NCBI GenBank assembly: GCA_964014485.1
Contig: CAXHAT010000128.1
Coordinates: forward strand, 1 to 23,621
Source of the DNA: an uncultured Deferribacteres bacterium
GTDB lineage: Bacteria > Zhuqueibacterota > Zhuqueibacteria > Zhuqueibacterales > Geothermadaptataceae
Direction: 5' to 3'
Length of the DNA stretch: 23,621 nt
The notes under the pieces were generated by a model that worked only from the letters and a program-made list of their open reading frames with translations, was not told the DNA's origin and did not search any database. Positions 8,319-16,047 of this stretch are shown piece by piece. The number at the start of each line of letters is the position of its first letter. Within the stretch, counting starts at the first letter, position 1. The position numbers were made by a program, and so were the translations under genes.

Positions 8319-11075
8319 TTAATTCGAGCCTGTTTGAGCATTCGGGCCCGGCAGATCAGGACACGCACGCTCGTAAGGAATATCGACGCCGACATAGGTC
8401 GCCCATTCTTCCCTGGCCAAATTGCGCGTGCACTCCCCGCAGACTTTTTCCGCGAGAATCTCGGGGCGGGTGATCCAGAAACGCAGGGTTTTATCACCGC
8501 CGCCCGTGACCAGGGTTTCGCCCCCCGGGTCGAAAGCAATGCTCCAAACCCAGGATTCATGGCCTTGCAGCATGATTGGATCGATCTCTTCTTCCAGACT
8601 CCACAGGCGAATAGTCTTGTCCGAGCTTGCTGTTGCAACCCGACGACCGTCCGGACTCAAAGCAATGGCGTTGATCGGTCCGGCGTGGCCGGTTCGCAAA
8701 ATCGGCTCAGAGTTCGGGTCATTCAGCCGCCAAAAACGCAGAACGCCAGCCGTTCCGCCACCAGTCATCAAAACGGAATCTTCCGCGACGAAATGCAGCG
8801 CATTGACCTTGCCGTCGTTCTGAAAGGTTGAAGCATCGCCGGTTTGCGTGTTCCAGAGCTGAACCACGCCGTCATCTCCGGCGGAAGCGAGTTGGTCGCC
8901 CTGAGCGCTGAACGCGAGCGCTCGGACGCGACTTTCGTGCTCAAACGTTTTTTTCAGTTTGGTGTTTGGCTTTGCCGTGTCCCATAGCAAAATCTTGCCG
9001 CTGGCACCCGCTGAGGCCAGCGTTTGAAAATCCGCGCTCTGCGCCAAAGCCCAAACGCGATTCTCATGCCTGTCCGAAGTCGCTTTCCGGCGTAAATTAT
9101 CATCTTTGGTGAATTGCCAGAACATGATGGCGTTATCGTCGCCCGCCGTAATCAGCGAGTTCGTTTTCGAGTTGAAAAGCATGGCGCGAACGCCGGCTTT
9201 GTGGCGGTTGTCACCGGACAGAAACCGCTGGGTGTCCTTGGTCATCAGTTCAAGATATGAAACCGACCCGTCTTCGCCGCCGGTGAAAACGTATTTCCCG
9301 TCGGGTGAAACCGCCAGCGCTCGCACGCCGGAAGAAAGACGCATCACGGTTGGGCCGCCCAGATTTTTGCCATCTCGCTCGCCCAGGGCGTTCAATGAAG
9401 TGCGCAACGCTTCATAAACCTGCTCCTCAAAGCCGCCGCCGTATTTTTCATTAAAAAGCCAGGCTTGCCTTGCCAAGAGAGCGGCGCGTTCGAGCTCAAA
9501 TTGTTCCTGCTGTTTTTGCGATTCAATGGTCAACGAGAGCGCCAAAGTCGTCAAACGCTGGCGGCTCACTTGCGAGATGGTTTTTTCCAAAGAATCGTTG
9601 GCGACGTCGGCTACACCGAGCAAACTATCGGCGCGTTGTTTTTCTTGCGTCGTTTGTCGCTGCGCCTGTCGGGCCTGGTTGGCGGCGCGTTGTTCGGCCT
9701 CGGCAAAAGTGGTCGCACGTTCCGCTTCTTTTTCGGCTTCCAGCCGCGCAAACTGTAAAGCCGTGGTCGAATCATTCAGGTTTTTATTTGCGCTTTGCAA
9801 TTGCTCATTGAGTCGCAGGGTTTCATTCAGCCTTTCTTGCGCAAGTCTTGCATTTTCCTGGGCAGTGTTCGCGGCTTTTGTTCTTTCGCGTGTGGCGTTG
9901 ATGAATCCGAAAAGCAAAACCAGTGAAGTTATCAGCAAAAGAACGACAAAAGCCGACGCCACTTTGACGCCTCGCGGCACGGTCTGGAACCAACTCACCG
10001 GCCAGTGTTCTTTCAGCCAATTGCGGTCGAAGACGTTTTTATAAATACGATTGCGAACATGGAGCTTGCCGTTTTCCCGCCGTACGATGCCGGAAAGCTT
10101 GAGATGGTTTTTCACCGGCGATTGTTCTTCATCGCGCAACGGACGCTTGGTGTAGCGAATTTCCTTGTAGGTCAGCAAGGTTTTGAGCACAGCATCAGCG
10201 CGCTTGGTCAGCATTTCGCCGACAAAGCGCAGGTTGTGATCGTGCTCGCTTTCCGGGCCGAAGAAGGTTTCCGCAACAAGGTCGTTTAAATTGTCTTCGC
10301 GCCATTCGTCACGCGCTCGTTCCGCCATCGCCTGGCACAAGCGTTGGGTGAGGTAAGGATGCCCGCGCGTCCAATGCATGATCAAATCGAGCGTTCGCTC
10401 GTTTTGGTCGCGCGGCAGTCCCAGACCTTCGACCAGCGGCAAGGCTTCTTCAAAAGTGAAATCGGTGACGTCCACCCGTTGCCCGATGTTGAACGGCGTG
10501 CGGTTGGCGTCTTTCATCAAATCGCCGGGGGTGGCGACGCCGATGAGGACGAACGAAAGGCGGGAGAATTCCGGCGTTTGCGCGCGCTTATTGTACAGGT
10601 AGCGGATGGCGGCAAAAAAGTCGTCGGTGAAGTCGAGACTGAGGGTGATATCGATTTCGTCGATGAAAATCGTCACTTGTTGCTCGATGTTTGCCAGAAC
10701 GAATTCCTGGAAAAAACGAATCAAACGATGAGAAACGCCCAGATTCGCATTTGAGCGCCACCACTCGTCGATATCCGCATCCAACGTCAGCTCGTCGGCG
10801 ATGATGGTCAGCAAAGTGACGTACCATGTTTCGGCGTCGACTTGCGTACCGACCTGGTTGAGATCGATGATGATGCAACGCTGTTCTTCTTTTTTCAGTT
10901 GCGCGGCCGTTCGCACCATCAGACTGGACTTCCCGACCTGGCGCGCGGAAAGGACGTAGGCGAACTCTCCTTTTCGGCAGAGTTGGAATAAGTCCTTGTC
11001 CGCGTTACGGGCCACGTAAAGCCCGACGCCCGGGCGGATGGTGCCGCCGACGGTGTATGTGAGCGTATCAGCCAT
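8319..11075 (-). CDS. AAA_35-type STAND P-loop NTPase - transmembrane helix - coiled coil - WD40 beta-propeller
   Basis: N-terminus 'YTVGGTI....LYVARNAD', Walker A 'LSARQVGKSS', Walker B 'TIFIDEID', plus 'RTPFNIG' and 'WTRGHPYLTQRLC'. TM 'VASAFVVLLLITSLVLLFGFI' is followed by an Ala/Gln/Glu-rich coil, about 7 WD40 repeats and a C-terminal 'C.RNL.REEW..Y......C P' motif. The ATG at 11075 overlaps the upstream stop (ATGGCTGA), so it is preferred to the track start at 11102. Confidence 0.9.
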   Translation of the reverse strand: MADTLTYTVGGTIRPGVGLYVARNADKDLFQLCRKGEFAYVLSARQVGKSSLMVRTAAQLKKEEQRCIIIDLNQVGTQVDAETWYVTLLTIIADELTLDADIDEWWRSNANLGVSHRLIRFFQEFVLANIEQQVTIFIDEIDITLSLDFTDDFFAAIRYLYNKRAQTPEFSRLSFVLIGVATPGDLMKDANRTPFNIGQRVDVTDFTFEEALPLVEGLGLPRDQNERTLDLIMHWTRGHPYLTQRLCQAMAERARDEWREDNLNDLVAETFFGPESEHDHNLRFVGEMLTKRADAVLKTLLTYKEIRYTKRPLRDEEQSPVKNHLKLSGIVRRENGKLHVRNRIYKNVFDRNWLKEHWPVSWFQTVPRGVKVASAFVVLLLITSLVLLFGFINATRERTKAANTAQENARLAQERLNETLRLNEQLQSANKNLNDSTTALQFARLEAEKEAERATTFAEAEQRAANQARQAQRQTTQEKQRADSLLGVADVANDSLEKTISQVSRQRLTTLALSLTIESQKQQEQFELERAALLARQAWLFNEKYGGGFEEQVYEALRTSLNALGERDGKNLGGPTVMRLSSGVRALAVSPDGKYVFTGGEDGSVSYLELMTKDTQRFLSGDNRHKAGVRAMLFNSKTNSLITAGDDNAIMFWQFTKDDNLRRKATSDRHENRVWALAQSADFQTLASAGASGKILLWDTAKPNTKLKKTFEHESRVRALAFSAQGDQLASAGDDGVVQLWNTQTGDASTFQNDGKVNALHFVAEDSVLMTGGGTAGVLRFWRLNDPNSEPILRTGHAGPINAIALSPDGRRVATASSDKTIRLWSLEEEIDPIMLQGHESWVWSIAFDPGGETLVTGGGDKTLRFWITRPEILAEKVCGECTRNLAREEWATYVGVDIPYERACPDLPGPNAQTGSN

Positions 11076-13299
11076 CGAGATGTTGTCCAAAATAGTCCGC
11101 ATACAGTTTACAGCGCGGCTTCATCTTGCCGTTTTCCCGGTGAACTAGCCCGGCGCCACGCAGCCGGAAGAAAACGCGCTCATCCTGGCACGTGTTGTTT
11201 TGAATGATCTGCCTCAAGCCGTGCAGCAGCTTTTCATGATCGATGAGATGAAAAAGGTAGTAACGCAAATTATCGCCAAACGGGCCGTCGTCATGGCCAG
11301 CGGTTTTAAAAAAGTCTTTCACCATGAACGCGCCACTTGCGATTAAGTAGAGCGCCTTGCGCGTCAGGTAAGGATGACCTCCCAACAACTCGGTTAGCTC
11401 AGCCAATTCATCCTTCGTGAACGGCGCATCGTGCAACCGGTTGAGCGTTTCGATATGTCGAAGAGTGAAGTCGGACAATTCGATTTTGACGCCGACATTG
11501 AACGGCGATTGATAAGGGTTTTCGATAAACAGATAAGGCTCGGTCGAAGTGACGAGCGCGAGGTCGAGCCTGCTCCAAACCTGGCTCGACGCTCTTTTGT
11601 TGTGCCAGCCGCGCAGCATGCCAAAAAAATCGTTGCGAAAATCCTTGTCGAAAATACTCTCGACCTCGTCCATCGCCAGAAGCAACGGCTCGGTCACTGT
11701 ATTCAACACATGGCGTTGCAGGTAACGCAGACATTTTTGCGTATAACCGGCGGCGGATTGCCAATACTCATCAACGCGATCTTCGATTTCGAGCTCATCC
11801 GAGATGTAGGTGCAGAATTGACGAAAAAATGTGTCTGCGTCCTTCATAGTGGAATCATCAAAGAATTGAAAGTCGAGAAAGGCGACGTGCTTATCGGCGT
11901 CTCTCGCGGCGCTCATTACACGATTGAGCAAAGAGCTTTTACCCATCTGACGCGGCGCTTTGATGGTGATCGTGACGCCCTGCTGGGCGATGGCTTGCAG
12001 CGCAACGTGGTCGCCGTTACGTTCAACATAAAATTGGGATTCCGTCCGCATTGTGCCTTCCGGCATTTCCAACTGAATCGGTTGCGCCGAAGGAAGCGGC
12101 TCATCATACTTCCTTTCTTCTTTTTGAGTAATTTCATGCCTGGATTCTTCCACCAAAACCGGCTCGCCGCCAGACACGACGCGCAGCAATTCATCGATCA
12201 GTCGTCGGCTATCATTTTCATCTTCCCAAAAGGCGCAGTTGATGTGATCTAAGTAAACGCTAATTGGGTAGGGCAGATCATCACGGAAAGCCACACGAAT
12301 CGGGAGAATCAGGGGGCGTCCGTTTCGTTTGGCAAGCTCATTCGATTTCTTAATTTCATACGCCACCATTTCACTGTTGATAGATTTTTTGGAAAGGAGA
12401 ATGATAATAAAATCGGAATTTTCGAGTTCAGAATCGATGCGTTCCGCCCATTTCGTCCCAACAAGCATCGCCTGGTCAATGAACACGCTGTGCTCCTGTT
12501 TCAAGGCGTCGTAGAGTCTTAGGGCCAGCGGTTCGTCCGGTTCATGATCACGCTTGTAACTCAGAAAAATACGCTTTTTCGGCTTTCGTTCGGCCTTGAT
12601 AATAGTGTTGTTGATCAACAGTTGAGGTGTGTCTTGCTCCCCAATATTTTCCATATCAATTTGCAGGCAACCGAGCTCAAAGGCGGTTTTGATGTCCCTG
12701 CCAAATCCAAGAGCCTGATAAAACGCGGCAGCAAAACTCACCGACGCTGAGTCTGAAATGGCTCTCGACATGCCGACGACATAGTCAATGTTTTGCGCAA
12801 CGCCTTCTGCTTGCTTTTCGGAATAACAGGCATTCAAAACCACGCATTTCACATTGTCCTTCAGAACTTGAAACAATTTAGCAAAAGCGTCCGACGGCAC
12901 GGGATGTAAATCGCCGGAATCGTCTTCTAACAGAATCTCACTTTCCGTGCTGCCGTGCCCGCTAAAATGTACGATATCCGGTTGATGGCGTAATAGATGG
13001 CCCTGTAAATCGCTTACGCGCACCGCCCATTCCTGCTCGAGAATGAACTTGTCATGTAGCGCCGATTGCCGCAATGCTTGCTTGATTTCGCGTATCTCGC
13101 CGTCCAATCTGAGCTGCTCTGTACCGCGCGGATTGGAAGCGATGAAGAGAACTGAAATTGGTGATACTCCTTCGCTTCCAACGCTCGCTCCATCTAAAAG
13201 CAATTCGTTTTTAGAATCGGATACTTCGCTCCCGACAATCTTTCGATTCGAGTTCATACGCTTTCTAAATGTATAATTGTTATATACTTGATGATGCAC
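11068..13299 (-). CDS. CHAT (caspase-like) - TIR - AAA_35 STAND NTPase fusion protein
   Basis: CHAT 'VLFIASNP...LRLDGEIREI...DIVHFSGHG...CVVLNACYS' (nt 13152-12616). TIR 'RIFLSYKRD...VFIDQ...GTKWAERIDSELENSDFIIILLSKKSINSEMVAYEI' (from ~12573). AAA_35 'PEGTM....FYVER', Walker A 'IKAPRQMGKSSL', Walker B 'LAMDEVE', 'QSPFNVG', 'GGHPYL'. The start may instead be the ATG at 13257. Confidence 0.92.
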   Translation of the reverse strand: MHHQVYNNYTFRKRMNSNRKIVGSEVSDSKNELLLDGASVGSEGVSPISVLFIASNPRGTEQLRLDGEIREIKQALRQSALHDKFILEQEWAVRVSDLQGHLLRHQPDIVHFSGHGSTESEILLEDDSGDLHPVPSDAFAKLFQVLKDNVKCVVLNACYSEKQAEGVAQNIDYVVGMSRAISDSASVSFAAAFYQALGFGRDIKTAFELGCLQIDMENIGEQDTPQLLINNTIIKAERKPKKRIFLSYKRDHEPDEPLALRLYDALKQEHSVFIDQAMLVGTKWAERIDSELENSDFIIILLSKKSINSEMVAYEIKKSNELAKRNGRPLILPIRVAFRDDLPYPISVYLDHINCAFWEDENDSRRLIDELLRVVSGGEPVLVEESRHEITQKEERKYDEPLPSAQPIQLEMPEGTMRTESQFYVERNGDHVALQAIAQQGVTITIKAPRQMGKSSLLNRVMSAARDADKHVAFLDFQFFDDSTMKDADTFFRQFCTYISDELEIEDRVDEYWQSAAGYTQKCLRYLQRHVLNTVTEPLLLAMDEVESIFDKDFRNDFFGMLRGWHNKRASSQVWSRLDLALVTSTEPYLFIENPYQSPFNVGVKIELSDFTLRHIETLNRLHDAPFTKDELAELTELLGGHPYLTRKALYLIASGAFMVKDFFKTAGHDDGPFGDNLRYYLFHLIDHEKLLHGLRQIIQNNTCQDERVFFRLRGAGLVHRENGKMKPRCKLYADYFGQHLDG
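12616..13152 (-). repeat. CHAT-coding direct repeat, copy A (537 bp)
   Basis: Gap-free alignment with 15394-15930; 156 of 179 aa identical by manual count. Confidence 0.92.
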
Positions 13300-13417
13300 T
13301 GATATGGCATTCTTTTATACTGACTGTAGTCAAGAATGGAATCGAGCTTGTTTTGATTACTATCACGACAGATACCCGTTGTGCAATACGATCCAAAAAA
13401 CACAAAGATTAATTTGG

Positions 13418-14497
13418 TTAATTCTTTGTATTTACTCGCTCTATGTAAAGTATTGTGTCTCCTTCGGCAAGACCCTCCAAAATTTCTGTAAAATTATCGT
13501 CTTTCCAGCCTGTCCTCACCCAGCGCTTGGTCACGGTGTGTCCGCTCAAAATATTAACGTATGGGCGACGTCGTTCTTTTTCAATGGACCAGTTCGGGAC
13601 TGTTAACACATTAGGAATTCCTTTGGCCTCGAACTTAACCGTAGCCGTCATTTCCGGTTTAAGAGGAAGATCTCTATCATCTGTGATTTTTATGAGACAA
13701 ACGAACTGCATAACTCCTTCATTCATTTCACCTCTTGGGCGAAGGAATTCGACTCTGCCTTTGCATTCTTCCCCAGGATATGCATCAAGGAAAAAAGATA
13801 CTTTTTGACCACGTCCGACTCTACCAACGTCAGCTTCCTCAACGTACGCCCACAATTCTAACCTTTTAAGATCGATGATCGTCAAAAGCGTTGGTGCGAG
13901 AAAACTGGCTGCCACGGTTTCACCTTGATCGATGTTTATAGCCGATACGACTCCTGAGATAGGGGCGACAATTTCTGTATATTCAAGTTTAACTCTGGAA
14001 GCCTCTAAATTAGCTTCGGATTGCTTTTTCTCATATTCTGCGATTATTTGAGCTTTTTCAGCTAGATCTTTGTCCTGTTCTGAAGCAAACTTCTTTTCAT
14101 ATAGTTCTCTAATCCGTCTTACGGCTAAATTGGAGTATTCGAAGCTAGCGTCGCTGCCCTGTTTTGCAGCCAACCATTGTCTGTGAGAAGCTTCGTATTC
14201 TGATTTATCTAACTGGCCTAGAGTATCTCCTTCTGAAACGATATTCCCAACTTTGACAAACATACTCTTGATAATACCCGAAGCTCTACTTCCTACTTTT
14301 ATCTCAGCGTCCCTCTCAGGCTTAATCGTTCCTATAGCCACCACGACAGAGTCCAAATCCCGATGGGTTGCGATAGAAACTTGTCTTGTTCGCAAACTCT
14401 TAGATTCGACTTGCAATACCTTGTCATAGACAATCCAGCCCGATAATCCTAGGATAACTAAAAAACAAAAAAACAAGAGTATGTTTTTCGTATTCAT
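13418..14497 (-). CDS. Efflux transporter periplasmic adaptor (membrane-fusion protein), MacA/HlyD-like
   Basis: N-terminal TM anchor; lipoyl-like halves 'IKVGSRASGIIKSMFVKVGNIVSEGDTLGQLD' and 'IVAPISGVVSAINIDQGETVAASFLAPTLLTIIDL'; an alpha-hairpin between them; 'LKPEMTATV' and 'VRTGWKDDNFTEILEGLAEGD'. The track start at 14509 is also possible. Confidence 0.92.
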   Translation of the reverse strand: MNTKNILLFFCFLVILGLSGWIVYDKVLQVESKSLRTRQVSIATHRDLDSVVVAIGTIKPERDAEIKVGSRASGIIKSMFVKVGNIVSEGDTLGQLDKSEYEASHRQWLAAKQGSDASFEYSNLAVRRIRELYEKKFASEQDKDLAEKAQIIAEYEKKQSEANLEASRVKLEYTEIVAPISGVVSAINIDQGETVAASFLAPTLLTIIDLKRLELWAYVEEADVGRVGRGQKVSFFLDAYPGEECKGRVEFLRPRGEMNEGVMQFVCLIKITDDRDLPLKPEMTATVKFEAKGIPNVLTVPNWSIEKERRRPYVNILSGHTVTKRWVRTGWKDDNFTEILEGLAEGDTILYIERVNTKN

Positions 14498-14526
14498 GAT
14501 AACATGCACTACAGATGTTGACGGGC

Positions 14527-15987
14527 TTATTGAGTTTGAGAAGAATTACCAATAAGTACACAAACAGCTCGAACTGATCTTGTAGAATGAGCGGGAGTAT
14601 GCTGATATAATGCATCTACAAATGAAACAGTCCAGCAATTCCCTTCTTCACTTTTTGTAGATGTCCAAATATCTTTTTGTGTCGCATCAAACAAAGGACT
14701 GACCGCCAAATTGGCATTTTTCTTTTCAGATTCCAAGAGAGCAAGAGCTTCAGGAAGAGTTGGTAAACGCCAATTCTTATATCCGGCAAACTTAACCCTT
14801 CTCAAGCTTTCAACATATACCACAGCTTTCTCAAAAGACAGGGGCAGAGACGATCCCGATTGTTGCCATACTAAATCCGTCGCTTCATCAATCACAACTT
14901 CCTGATTATTGAAAGACTCTACGCGGTATTTGTGCTGGATTCCGTTTCCTTCACGGTTAATAACTTTATCATACAAGTTGTTGTTTTTTATTATTTGTTC
15001 AACTTGTCCTGATGACAGCAGAGTATGTTTTGGCGAATAAATCGAATCGGTTTCACTATTTTGGTTTTTATGAGGTGATTGAGGCTGTTTGCCCGGATTA
15101 AATTGAAGATATTGATCGTCAGAGTACTCTCTTTGTCGTGGTGAATAAGAGGCATCTTTCGCTTCTGGACCTGAAAAAGAATCCTTTGATGAGAGGGACT
15201 TAATAGGGAAAGACCCACTGTATATATAAAAGACTACAGTCAAAGTTAGAAGCAATGCCCCCACGACACCCGCATACCATTTCCAATTTTTCTTTTTCCC
15301 GTCTTTTCCTATTTCTGTATGATCTGAGCCAATAGTTCTTTTGAGTTCCATTGTCGCGACAGGATTAAATGTTTTGTGCGTTCCGTCTTTCGCCAACAAT
15401 TGGGGCGTGTCTTGCTCACCTAGTATTTCCAAATCAATTTGCAGGCAACCCAGGTCAAAAGCTGTCTTGATATTCCGGTCAAACCCTAGAGCTCGGTAAA
15501 ACGCCATGGCAAAACTCACTGAAGCTGAGTCTGAAATCGCTCTCGACATGCCGATGACGGAGTCGATATTCTGCGCGATGGCATGTCCCTGTTGTATCGA
15601 ATAACAGGCGTTCAGAACCACGCATTTCACATTGTCTTTGAGTACTTGAAACAGTTTGGCCAAAGCGTCCGAGGGCACGGGATGCAAATCGCCTGACTCG
15701 TCTTCTAACAGAATTTCGCTTTCCGTGCTCCCGTGCCCGCTAAAATGCACAATGTCCGGCTGATGACGCAAAAGATGCCCCTGCAAATCGCTGACGCGCA
15801 CCGCCCATTCCTGTTCGAGAATGAACTGGTCTCGCAACGCCGATTGTAGTAATGCTTGCTTGATCTCGCGTATTTCAACGTCCAGTCTGAGCTGCTCTGT
15901 GCCGCGCGGGTTGGAAGCGAGGAAAAGAACTTTTAACGGCTTGGAGCGTTCTTGTTGCTCCGTGCCGTCGTTTTTCTTCATTGCCAT
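14527..15987 (-). CDS. CHAT (caspase-like) - transmembrane helix - DUF1566 (Lcl C-terminal, C-type-lectin-like fold)
   Basis: CHAT with 'HFSGHG' and 'VVLNAC'. TM 'KKKNWKWYAGVVGALLLTLTVVFYIY'. DUF1566 motifs 'VVIDEATDLVWQQSGS', 'FAGYKNWRLPTLPEALALLE' and 'IWTS.......WTVSF..........VRAV'. Confidence 0.88.
   Translation of the reverse strand: MAMKKNDGTEQQERSKPLKVLFLASNPRGTEQLRLDVEIREIKQALLQSALRDQFILEQEWAVRVSDLQGHLLRHQPDIVHFSGHGSTESEILLEDESGDLHPVPSDALAKLFQVLKDNVKCVVLNACYSIQQGHAIAQNIDSVIGMSRAISDSASVSFAMAFYRALGFDRNIKTAFDLGCLQIDLEILGEQDTPQLLAKDGTHKTFNPVATMELKRTIGSDHTEIGKDGKKKNWKWYAGVVGALLLTLTVVFYIYSGSFPIKSLSSKDSFSGPEAKDASYSPRQREYSDDQYLQFNPGKQPQSPHKNQNSETDSIYSPKHTLLSSGQVEQIIKNNNLYDKVINREGNGIQHKYRVESFNNQEVVIDEATDLVWQQSGSSLPLSFEKAVVYVESLRRVKFAGYKNWRLPTLPEALALLESEKKNANLAVSPLFDATQKDIWTSTKSEEGNCWTVSFVDALYQHTPAHSTRSVRAVCVLIGNSSQTQ
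15394..15930 (-). repeat. CHAT-coding direct repeat, copy B (537 bp)
   Basis: Gap-free alignment with 12616-13152 at an offset of 2778 bp. Confidence 0.92.
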
Positions 15988-16047
15988 TACATACTTCTGT
16001 TAGCTTTCGGGATTATCGGTGTTCATTATACAACCCCCGCCAATAGC

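Noticed and set aside
11431..12252. 273-aa plus-strand ORF and other long antisense ORFs (e.g. 21085-21900, 9526-10044, 19485-20048)
   Set aside because: They lie opposite well-supported genes in GC-rich DNA and have no domain signatures.
14527..14700. A complete DGR in this window
   Set aside because: No reverse transcriptase, Avd-like gene or template repeat was found by eye.
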